A stretch of DNA of 64,000 nt from Camelus ferus (Eukaryota): contig NC_045696.1 of NCBI RefSeq assembly GCF_009834535.1, positions 109,680,001-109,744,000 of the forward strand, written 5' to 3'. Positions within the stretch are counted from its first letter, which is position 1; each line of letters starts with the position of its first letter. The notes under the pieces were generated by a model that saw only the letters and a list, made by a program, of their open reading frames with translations, did no database searches and had not been told where the DNA came from. Positions 13,493 through 24,892 of this stretch are shown piece after piece. The position numbers were made by a program, and so were the translations under genes.

Positions 13493-14579
13493 CTGGGTCA
13501 TCCCTGGCTCCCTCCAGAAAAGTGGTCTCCAAACCATTTTGATAGCCCATCATTATCCGGAAAATACTGAGGTGGTCCATTCTATGTATATACTTTTAAA
13601 ACTAGTATTGTGTACATTTCAATCATGAGAGGAATAGAAATTTTTTTAAACAACGAGACAAAGATGAAACATTTATTTTAAAATCTCTATTTATTCTGCC
13701 CTATACACAACGAACAATATTTCAAGGTAAAATACACACTTAGGGAAAGGGCAAAGTTTCTGATAGTAGCTGTAAATCCATAGTCCAGAGAGTCATCAAG
13801 ATAATTTTAGGATTTTCTTAAGTTACTTCTTAACCAATCCAATCAGATGACCATTGTTTTTGGTCCTATTTACACTAACAAATTTACACTAGATGTGTCA
13901 GTAGTGTCATTTGATTTCTGTTCACCTGTGTTAGTATTACCAGAATCATCTAATTCTCGTTTCTTTGCAGGAATCTTTCTAAGGCATTTGTGCATTTTGT
14001 GAGGTCTGAGGAGTTAAACCACATTACCTAATCTGTGCATCCACTTTGCTGGGCACATGCAAACCACAAAATGTGGAGCCACAAAAGCCAAAAGCAAAGG
14101 ACAAGTCAGGGAGTCGCACCTTCCGGCACCCCCTTCCCCACCCCACCCCTTGTGAGGTGTTCCCTGTCTTCCTTCAGGACACCTCAAAGTCCTTCCATGA
14201 TGCGTCGGCCTGGCCTGTAGACGAGGTGCGAGACGGTACTCATCCCCATATGAAATAGGGGTGAGTGTTAACTTGTTCATCTTTTGCATGAAGAGTAAAT
14301 ATAACCGGAAGGTAAGTTCTATTTCCCACACCCCAGTAAGTTGGCTCACATACAAGGGGTTACACATACCCCACCGCAGAGAGCACTGCTTTAGCAGGGA
14401 CTTTCTGTCTATGGTAAGGACATATGACAATCCCAGCCCTCCAAATCCCTGCCCTACCATGAAGAAGAGTGGCAGCTGCCACCCTTCCTCAGCCCCTGCC
14501 CTCGTGGGCCCTCCTCCTCAAGCCTTGGGAAACCCAGGTTTGGAGACCACTTTGCTGGAGGGAGCCAGGAATGACCCAG
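13493..14579. repeat. 43-bp inverted repeat pair (13493-13535 / 14537-14579) around a hAT-like relic
   Basis: CTGGGTCATCCCTGGCTCCCTCCAGAAAAGTGGTCTCCAAACC matches the reverse complement of GGTTTGGAGACCACTTTGCTGGAGGGAGCCAGGAATGACCCAG at 41 of 43 positions. Confidence 0.9.
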
Positions 14580-16119
14580 CAGGCATTAGGGGAGTCTGGC
14601 TTCATGTGGGGAACCTTAGGGTACAGAGATGAAGCTGGAGGTAGAAAGTCAGAGGCAGGGCTGGCTGGGAGGAGACTACACAGAGCAGGATGCCCACACA
14701 CATCTGAGACCCTCTGCAGGCCCTGCATGAGCTTGCAGAGTCTGCCCAGAAGCAGGAAGGAGAGTTGCCAAGTGTGGAGCTAATCCACCAACTCAGGGCA
14801 GCTCAGTGGAGGGCATGGCGGGCAGATGGACCATGATCCTCCCCCCTGGGACCCTCCTGCACTCACACAGTGAGTCTTTCCTGAGGCAGCGCCTCTGGGA
14901 ACAGGCCCACAGACTAGCCCGAGTCCCTCAGAGAGACCACTCTGGCTAGCCAACCCCACGCCCTGCCTCGATGGAGCCTTCTGAGTCTAAGGCCAAGATG
15001 CGCAGGGAGAAAAAGTGCACAGCCCAGGGGTCTGAAGAAGGGCTGGAGGAGACACAGAGAACCGGATCCGCCATCATCTGCTCATGTGGACCTTGGTTCC
15101 TGCTCAGGAGGACAAGCTAGAGTGTCTGCCCCTCCCCGGAGGCAGGGGAAAGGCCAGCTGTGGGTGTATATGTTCACCCACCTTGGCTGTAAGGCTGGTT
15201 GGATGGGGGTGTTTGGAGGAGAGAGGTTAAAATATCAGTGTTCTGGCCCATGACACTTGTCCCTGCGCTCTCTTATATGGTGTTTAATTCTTTATTGGAG
15301 ACACTCTGCAGCTGGGAAGCTCACTGTCCCTCTTTTACAGCTTAATGATGGCTAACAGCTACTGAGATTCACTGGGCCCTTACCACAGCTGTCCGAGATT
15401 GGTACATTAGAATCCCATTTTACAGATGAGATGAGGAAACTGAGGCCCTAAGGGGTTAACAACTTGTCAGGGTCAGCTGGTGAGCCAGGTGCACAATCAG
15501 GCAGTCTGCTTCCAGAGCATATGTACCAATGCACCAGGGATCCGGACTCTCCCAGGAAATGGGGACACACAGAGGCCAAAGGGCTCACCTGGGCTCACCC
15601 TGAGGAACAGGGCACTCCTAGCCCTGCCACTTCTCCACAGACGCGTAGCCCCCCGTTTCTGTCTGCAGAGAGGTTTGTCTCTCTGGGAGAGGTCTGGGTG
15701 TCCCCACCGCAGAACCTCAGGCATGCACTGGCTTGTCATGCTCTGGTGGAAGGAAAGGATCATCTTTTCAGCTGTTCCATGTGCCAGGCACTGTTCTGGG
15801 GCAAGGCTTTGTGATCTTGACCAACTGTCTTAGAAGATGAGATCAGCCCCCATTTTTTAGATGTGGACACTGCAGTAAAATAGCAGGTGCTCATTCACAG
15901 AGCTCTGGGACCTGAACTCAAATCTCCTGAGTCCCAGCCCTCTCTAGACCACAGCTGCCTTCTTGATTTTGATCTTCTTTCCTTTTTTTTTTTATATTGA
16001 TCTTCTCTATATTTCTCCAGAAGAGAAGGGGAGAAAGAGAGGAAGGAAAGGAAGAAGGGAGGGAGGGAGAAGAGAAACAGAGAGAGAGAGAGAAGCAAGC
16101 TTCCAGCTACAAACCAGTC

Positions 16120-16360
16120 TAAGTCATGACCCAAATTTTCCACCACAAGCTGAATAAAACTCCGAAATTTCAACAGAATTGGCCCTTTTGTCAAAAGAGC
16201 TGAACTTGTGTGTACATGCAGGGGGCTGGGTGGCTGGCCTAGAGGGGATGGGCACGGAGATGTTGGTTCTCTGAACCAATATTTGTTGTTTTCAAATGTT
16301 GCCTCATTTACAAAGAAGCAGAGCAAACAAAGAGCTTCTGTCTGCTTGAACCAGCCCCTC
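16120..16360 (-). promoter_or_regulatory. TF distal liver enhancer (ortholog of the human -3.6 kb enhancer)
   Basis: About 3.6 kb upstream of the ATG. Minus strand GCTCTTTGTTTGCTCTGCTTC...GGCAACATTTGAAAACAACAAATATTGGTTCAG contains a FOXA/HNF3 core TGTTTGC (16323-16329) and resembles the recalled human enhancer domain I. Confidence 0.72.
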
Positions 16361-16596
16361 CTCCCCAATCCCCTCACTGCTCTCTGCCCAGCACCAGGGC
16401 TTCGCTTCTGAAAGACCTGCCTCCGGGTCATCGGGAAGGCGGGAAGGTGGGATCCGGCATCCTGGGAACTGTGCTCAGAGACTCTGTTTATCCTGCAGAC
16501 CTGCCGGCTCAGGGATGAGTGCCGAGATAGTTGAGAACCAACAGCAGAGTCCTTTTAGGAAACTGTCAGGTAACTTGAAATGCCACACACCACCAC

Positions 16597-16610
16597 CTCT
16601 CTCCCTCCCT

Positions 16611-16642
<32 letters not shown>
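16597..16642. repeat. (CCCT)n/(CT)n microsatellite
   Basis: Directly visible. Confidence 0.9.
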
Positions 16643-16647
<5 letters not shown>

Positions 16648-16729
16648 CTGGCCCTCAGAAGTCCCTGAACAATGAACGATTCTTGTGGTTCTATTCTTTC
16701 TCTGTAAAAATAGTCCATAAAAATACCCT

Positions 16730-17900
16730 TTTCATGAAGAATAGTCCAGAGCCAGATAGCTTCACTGATGAATTCTACCAAACATTTAAGAAGAATTAAA
16801 ACAATCTTACACACATTGTAATAGGAAAAGAAGGAACACTCCTTGACTAAGTTTTTGAGGCCAGTAAGTATAGTTTGAAAGCAAAAACCATCAAGATTAT
16901 CATGACAAAGATTTAAAAAAGTACATTTTGTGAACATAGATGCAAAAATCCTAAGCAAAATATTAGCAAATTGAATCCAGCAATATCTAAAAAGAATACT
17001 AAATCATTACCAAGTTGAATTTATTCCAGGAATATTAGTTATCTTTTAAAAAATAAATCTATCTGTAATTGATCACATTAACAGGATAAAGGAGAAAAAT
17101 TATATGAACTTATCAGTGGGTAGAGGAACAGCATTTGGTAAAATCCAATAACCATTTATTTAAAAACTCTCTTAGCAAACTTATTCTAGGAAATTTGCTT
17201 AATCTGATAAAATGTATGTATGTGTGTGTGTGAAACATGTACATTAGAAATTTATATATGAAATCATATTTAGTTGTGAAATGGTCAATGAAAGCTTTCC
17301 CTTTGAGGATGAGAAAAAAGATCAGACGGTCTGCTATTATAATTTCTATTCAACATTTTCACTTGCAGTCCTTGCCAGTCTGGTCAGGTACGAAAAAGAC
17401 ATAATAAATAAAAGGATTGACAAGGGAAAAATAAAACTTTTACTTTCACAGATGATATGATAGTAAATGTATAAAATTCTAAAGAAACAAGGTTAAATAT
17501 TAGAAAAATAAATGAGTTAGGCAGTATTGCTGGATACAAGGTAAATGCACAAAAATCAATTATAATTCTATATTCAAAATGAAAAAACATGAAAATGCTA
17601 TTTAAAAGAGTGTAAGAATAACTAATGTTAAGAAACAAGTCTACCAAAAGATGTCTAAAATTTTTACATTCCAAATTATAAAATATTGCTCAGAAAAATT
17701 AAAGAAACTATATATTAATGAAGGGCTATACCCAGAAAGTGGAGTGGCGGCCCAATGCTAAAAGATGTCAGTTCTTCCCAGATTAATACATAGGTTCAAT
17801 GCACTCACAATCTAACTCCCAATAAGTGTTTTATATTTTCTGGTGGGAATTGACAATGTAATTCCAAAGTGTATATGGAAATGCAAAAGACCTTACATAG
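16730..17900 (+). mobile_element. L1 ORF2 (RT region) fragment
   Basis: Decayed translation PEPDSFTDEFYQTFK; AACATAGATGCAAAAATCC; TTCACAGATGATATGA (FADD-like). Confidence 0.8.
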
Positions 17901-19324
17901 ACATTTGGTTGGTTGTGTAGGTTGTAGCATATCAAGATAAGAACAGAATGTATTTGATTTTTTCTGAACTTTTCTGTCTAACTCTAAGTACTGACATCTA
18001 AAATATAATTGCTTTGTCTATCCAATTCAGGTGTTCATTATCAGTAAAATTATCTAAGTTCTTCCTGTAGCTTGATACTGGACTGTTAGTATGAGTGAAA
18101 ATTATTAATAGTCTACTAAATAAGTATTTGTAGACCTATATCCACCACAATTGTTATATAGTTCTAATGTTTATTCCAATGTTTCCACATTAAGAAGTAA
18201 ATTAACCTCTTGACTAGCTATAGTTTAAGTTATATTTCAGATTTCTCTCCTCTTCCTCCTTCTTTTACATATATATGAAAAATTTCAGATATACACAGAA
18301 GTAGAGAAAATTATGAAATAAACTCACATGCACATCTTACTCAACTTCAGCAATTGTCAGTATTTTGCCAACCTTCTATCATCCATCCACCCACTTCTTT
18401 TTTTCCTGGAATAACAGACGTCATATTATTTCTCCCTCAAAAGTATGCATCTCTAACAGCTCAGCAGTTTTTTTTATGTATGACCATACTGCATTTATTA
18501 CACTTGTCAAAATGAACAGTTATTCCCTATTACCATCCAAGTCAATTTCCCTGGTTGTCTAAAAAATCTTTTTGATACCTTGTTCAAATTAGAGACTAAA
18601 AAAAGATCCAGGTGTTGAATTGGTGGTATCTCTTAAATCTCTTTTACTCTAAAACAGCCCTCCTACCTTTTATGCTACTTACTCACTGAAGAAACTGCAT
18701 TGTTTTCTCCTTTCCAAGATTCTGGATTTGAATGATGTGGACCCTTGCGGTGTGATTTGACATACTATCTTGTATTTAGCAGAATTTTGTAGAAAGTCTC
18801 TCAGTTTGAATTTGTGTGAAATTGCCTCATGATTTGACTCAGCGTGTGCATTTCTGGCAGTAAGATCACAGAAATGATGCTGGGTTCTTCTCAGGGTGTT
18901 GCATTAGAAGGAGCGCAATAGTAACGCATCCATTATCACTTCTGTTACCTCTGCTTGGTCAAGGTGGTATCTGACAGGTTTCCACACTGTAAATTTCCCT
19001 TTGTAATTAATGAGCAGTTTGTAGGGAGGTATTTTGAGACTACTTAATATTTTTTTCCTCATCAGAGTTTCATCCCCCCGTTTTAGCATTCATTGATGGT
19101 TCTGGCCTGAATCAATTATTACCATACTGGTTGCCAAGTAGTGGTTTTCTGATTATATCATTCCTTGTATATTTATCAATTGACATTCTAAAGTAAATGA
19201 GTGTTTCTCTTCTCTATTTAATTTTTTATTTCCTTTTGTTTGTTTTTATCAACATGGATGTAAGGGTTTCTTTTTTACTCAGTGGGTTATATATAATACT
19301 CTACTATCATTCCTTTCTTCCCAT

Positions 19325-22300
19325 TATTTATTGTGCTAAAATATACATAACATGAAATTTATCATCTTAATTATTTTTGAGTGTACAGTTCAGTGGTATT
19401 AAATATATTCATATTGTGCTAACTGTCACCGTCATCCATCTCCGGAATTCTTCAAGCTATGAAATTGAAACTCTATAACAATAATTCAGTAATAAAACAG
19501 TAAACAATAATTCCTCATTTTCCTCTACTGCCAGACCCTGGCAATCACCCCTTTACTTTCTGTCTCTGTGATTTTTGATTACTCTGAGTATTTCATTTAA
19601 GTGGAATCATACAATATTTGCCTTTTGTGATTGACTTACTTCACTTACTGTAATGTCTTAGCTTCTTCCATGCTGTAGCATATGTCAATAATTTCCTTCC
19701 TTTTAAAAGCTGAATAATAAAAATATTCCATTGTATGTATAGATCATATTTGCTTATCCATTCATCTAAGAATGGATGCTTGGGTGGCTTCTACATTTTA
19801 GCTATTGCAAATAGTACTTCTATAAACATGGGTGTGTAAATATCTCTACGAGACCCTGCTTTCAATTCTTTTGGGTATATACTCAGAAGTGGAATTTCTG
19901 GATCATAAGGTAATTCTCTAATTTTTTTGAGGGAACTCCATACTGTTTTCCACAATGGCTGTACCATTTTACATTCCCACCAGCAGTGGGTTGATTAAGA
20001 CCAGCAGGGTTTTAATGTATCCACATCTTTACCAACACTTACTACTTTCTGGTTTTTTGATACTATCATTCCAGTGGATAGGAGATGGTATCTTAATGTA
20101 GATTTGATTTGTACTTCCCTAATTATTAGTGATGTTGAGCATCTTTTCATGTGCCTATTGACCATTCATATAATTTCTTTTCAGAAAAATTCTATTCAAG
20201 TCCTTTGCCCATTTTTGAATTGGTTGTTTATTTTTCTGTAGCTGAGTTTTAGGAGTTTTCTATTTATTTTGGATATTAGTCCTGTGTCAGTTATCTGATA
20301 TGCAAATGTTTTTCTCCCATCCTATGGGTTATTTTTCACTGCTTATAGTGTCTTTTGATGCACAAAAGTTTTAATTTTCATTAAGTTCAATCTGTCTGTT
20401 TTTGCTTTTGTTGCCTGTACCTTGATGTCACATCCAAGAAATCACTGCCAGGGCCAATGTCATGAAGCCTCTGCCCTATGATTTCTCCTAAGCATTTTAT
20501 ACTTTTAGGGCTTAAATTTAGGTCTTTCAATAATTTTGAGGTAATTTTCATATGGTATTAGGTGTGAGTCCAACTTCATTCTTTTGCATGTTTATATCCA
20601 GTTTTCTTAGCACAGTTTGTTGAAAAGACTGTCCTGTCACCCACTGAATAACTTGGGCCCTCTGTGGAAAATCATTTGACCTTATATGCCAGTGTTTATT
20701 TCTGGCCTTTCCATCCTATGCCTTTGGTCTATGTCTGTCTGTGTGCCAGTGCCATGCTCTTTTGATATCTGTAACATAGAATGTTATGTTTGTAGGTATG
20801 TTTTGAAATCAGGAAATGTGAGTCCTCCAGCTTTTTCTTATTTAAGGGGGTTTTGGCCATTCAGGATCACTTGAGATTCCATATGCATTTTAGGATTTTT
20901 TTTTTATTTCTTAAAAAATGTCATTGGAATTTTGATAGGGATTGCGTTTAATCGGTAGAGTGTTCGGGTAGTATTGACATCATAACAATGTTAAGTCTTC
21001 TAATCTCTAAACTTGGAATGTCTTTACATTTATTTTATGTCTTCTTTAACTTCTTTTAGTAGTGTTTTGTAGTCTCATTGTGCAAGTCTTTCACCTCTCT
21101 GGTCAAGATAATTCTAAGCATCTTTTTGAAACTATCATGAATTGGTTTTCTTAAATTCCTTTTTGGCTTGTTCCTTGTTATATAGAAAAGCAGCTGAGAG
21201 GGGGAGGGTATAGCTCAGTGGTAGAGCATTAAAATGAATAAATAAACCTAATTACCTCCCCCCAAACAAACAAAAACATTTTTTAAAAAAGAAAAGCTAC
21301 TCATTTTTGTGGGTTGATTTTGTATCCAGCTACTTTGCTGAATTTATTGATTAGTTGTAACACTTTTTTTGGTAGAATCATTAGGGTTTTCTACGTAAAA
21401 GATTCTATCTGCCAGCAGAGATAATTCTACTTTTTCCTTTCCAGTTTGGGTGCCTTTATTTTTATTTCTTGCCTAACTGCTCTGGTTGGAACTTCTATTA
21501 TTGTGTTTAACAAAAGTTGTGAAAATAAGCATCCTTGCCTTGTTCATGATCTTAGAGGAAAAGCTGTCAGTCTTTCACTATTGAGTATGATTTCTGCTGT
21601 GGGTTTTTCCATTTATGGCTTTTATTTTGTTGAGTTAGTTTACGTCTATTCCTAGTTTGTTGAGTGATTCTTTTCAATGAAAGACTGTTGGGTTTAGTCA
21701 AAAGCTTTTTCTACTTCAATTTAGATGATCACATAGGGTTTTTCCTTCATTTTGTTAATGTGATGTATTACACTGATCAATTTGCATATGTAGAACTGTC
21801 TTTGCATCACGGAAATATATCCCACTTGGTCATGGGATTGTCTAATTTCACTTGTGATTTCTCCTTTGTTCCATTGGTTGTGTAAGAGTATATTGTTTTA
21901 CTTCCACAAAATTGGGAATTTTCCAATTTTCCTCTTGTTAATTGGTTTTAACTTCATTCTGTTGTGGTCAGAAGATACTCTGTATTATAGCTATCTTTTA
22001 AAATCTATTCAGACTTAATGTGTGGCCTAATATATGGTTTATCCTGGAAAATGTCCCATGTGCACTTGAGAAGAATGTATATTCTGTTATTGTTGGGTAG
22101 AGTGTTCTGTATGTCTGATCTAGTTGGTTTAATGAATTGTTAATGTCCTCTGTTTCCATGCTTACCTTCTATCTGGTTATTCTGTCCATTACTGAGAGTA
22201 GAGTATTGACATCTCCAACTATTATTGTACAACTATTTCTCCCTCCAATTCTGTTGATTTTTGCTTCATATATTTTGGTGGTCTATTATTAGGTTTGTAA

Positions 22301-24892
22301 ATGTTTGTAATTATTATATATTTTTGCTGTATTGAAACCTTTATTAATGCATAATGTCCTTCTTTATCTCTTTAAAGCTTTTAAATTTAAAGTCTATTTT
22401 GTCGAATATTATTATAGCCAACACTGTTCTCTTTTGGCTACTATTTGCATGGAATATTTTCTTCCACCATTTCACATTCAATCTATTTGTGTCTTTGGAC
22501 CAAAGTAAGTCTCTTATAGACAGTGTATTATTGGATCATGTGTTCTTCCCATTCTGCTAATTTCTGTCTTTGATTGGAGAATTTAATCTATTTACATTGA
22601 AAGAAATTACTGATAAAGAGGGACTTCTGTCATAGTACTATTTGTTTTCTATACGCCTTATAGCTTTTTTTGGCTTGCTTCTCATTTCCAGCATTCCTGT
22701 CTTCTCTTGTGTTTAGTTGATTCTTTTGGTAGTGAAACATTTTAATTTTCCTCTCATTTTCTTGTGTGTATTCTGAGCTATTTTCCTCATGCTCACTAAT
22801 GGAAATTACATCCCAAAGTTATAACACTCTAATTTGAATTTATGCCATCTTAACTTGAATAACACACAAAAATGCTTCTTTACAGCTCCACTCTCCACCC
22901 CTTTCAGTTGTCTGATGTCATAAAATTACATCTTTACACATTGTGTCTGAAAACACAAACTAATAATTTTTTATGCATTGGTCTCTTATATACGTAGAAA
23001 ACAATATGGAGAGTTGCACCCGAGTATTGTTACAATAATACTAGCTTTTATAATCCCTAGTGTATTTTCCTTTACTGTGATTTTTATTTCTGCAGAAGGC
23101 TTCAAGTTGTTGTCTAGTGTCCTTTGATTTCAACCTGCAGGACTCCTTTTAGTGTTTCTTGCAGGGCAGTTCTAGTGGTAACAAATTCCCCTAGATTTTG
23201 TTTATCTGGGAAAGTCTTAATTTCTCCCTCACTTTTGAAGGACAGCTTTGCCAGATATAGGATTCTTGATTGACAGTGTTTGTTTTTTTTTCTTTCTTTC
23301 TTTTAGCACTCTAATCAGCCCACAGCCTTCAGACCACCAAAGGTTTTGAAGAGGACTCTGTTATAATCTTATTGAAGATCCCTTGTATGTCAAGAGTTGC
23401 TTCTCCCTTTCTGCATTTAAACTTATCTTTTTGTCTTTGGCTTTTGACAGTTTGGTTAAAATATGTCTCAGAGTACGTCCTGAGTTCATCTTACTTGGTG
23501 TTTGTTGAGCTTTTTGGAGTTATATAATATAAATATTTATATATATTTATAAATAAATAAAATATATATATTTCATCAAATCAAGGAAACTTTTGACCAT
23601 TATTTCCTCAGATATTCTCTCCACTCCTTTCTCTTGTCCTTCTGGGACTCCCACAATGCATATGTTATTCTGCATTATGGTGACTCATAGTTCCCTTATT
23701 CTTTGTTCACTTTTTCTCCATGTTTTCCTTTTTATTCCTCAGACTCAATCATTCTAATTGTCCCATCTTTCAGTGCACTGATTCTTCTGCTTGTTGAAAT
23801 ATGCCTTTGAGTCCCCTCTATTGAATTTTTATTTTAGTTATTGTACTTTTTAGCTTCAGAATTTCTTTAAGGTTTCTCTTTTTATATTTTCTATCTCATT
23901 ATTGATATTTCCATTTTGTTTATACATCTTTTTTTCCCCACCTTTTCCACATCTCCTTTTAGTTCTTTGAACATTTTTAAAACAGTCATTTTAAAGTTGT
24001 TGTCCAGTAGATCCATCAAGAGGTCTTTTTCAGGACTAGTTCCTGTTTTGTTTTTTTCCTCCCATTGAATGGGCCGTACTATTTCTTTGTATTCTTTGTG
24101 TTTGTGTTGTTGTTGTGAAAACTGGAGATTTGAATCTAACAATATAGTAACTCTGAAAATCAGATTCTCCTTCTTCCTCAGGGTTTACAGTTTTTTCTTG
24201 TTTTGTTTTGTTTTTATTGCTGTAGGCTATCTCTGTGCCAAGGATCAGCCTGAAATACAAACTTAAGGTCTTTTGATATATTTTTGATCCTGTTCCTTCC
24301 CCTGGGTATGCACATGACTTTCTAATTTCTTCTGAATATGTACTTGCTTTTGAATACCCTAGTCTTAAAGGTCTGGCTCTCAAAAGGGAGAAAGACAGAA
24401 AAATGAAGGGGGTGGAGAGGATAAAAAGGTGTCAGTCCTTTAAATCCTCTGGAAGTCTCTTGGAGGAGGAAGGTCTTGCAACAAAGAGGGGAGGGGCAAT
24501 AACAATGACTTCCCTCCTCTGTATCTGCACTTCCATGTTCAGAAGCAGCAATCAATGACCGTAACACAGATCCCCAATATTTGCACGACAGAATCCTTAT
24601 TGCCCACCCTGGATTCACAAGCTATGTGCAAGCTGCTCCTGGAATACACGCGCAGCTACCTGACATGAGGCAGGGAGGAGGGGGATGGGTAGCCACTGCC
24701 AAGCTAAGAACTGAGATTGACTGCAATTAATGGCAATTTACCCTTTAAGCCTTCGCCTAGAAGTTGGAAGCTTTTAATAGACTCCAAAGTTCAAAAATAC
24801 TTATATTAAACAGATTCAACCGCTGTAATTATTGTCTGGGTGGGAAGACAAATTCTTGGTGCTTTATACTCTGCCATCTTCCAGGAATCCTC
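19325..24892 (-). mobile_element. Large L1 (L1M-type) relic with both ends, inserted into an older L1 fragment
   Basis: 3' UTR signature at the left (AAAATATACATAACATGAAATTTATCATC), antisense ORF2/ORF1 relics, and a 5' end reading GAGGATTCCTGGAAGATGGCAG on the minus strand; TSD-like TCTTCCC(A)TTATTT at both ends. Confidence 0.75.
21200..21290 (+). mobile_element. Vic-1-like tRNA-derived SINE, internally deleted
   Basis: GGGGAGGGTATAGCTCAGTGGTAGAGCAT joined directly to the tail TAAAATGAATAAATAAACCTAATTACCTCC; TSD-like AGAAAAGC flanks. Confidence 0.8.
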
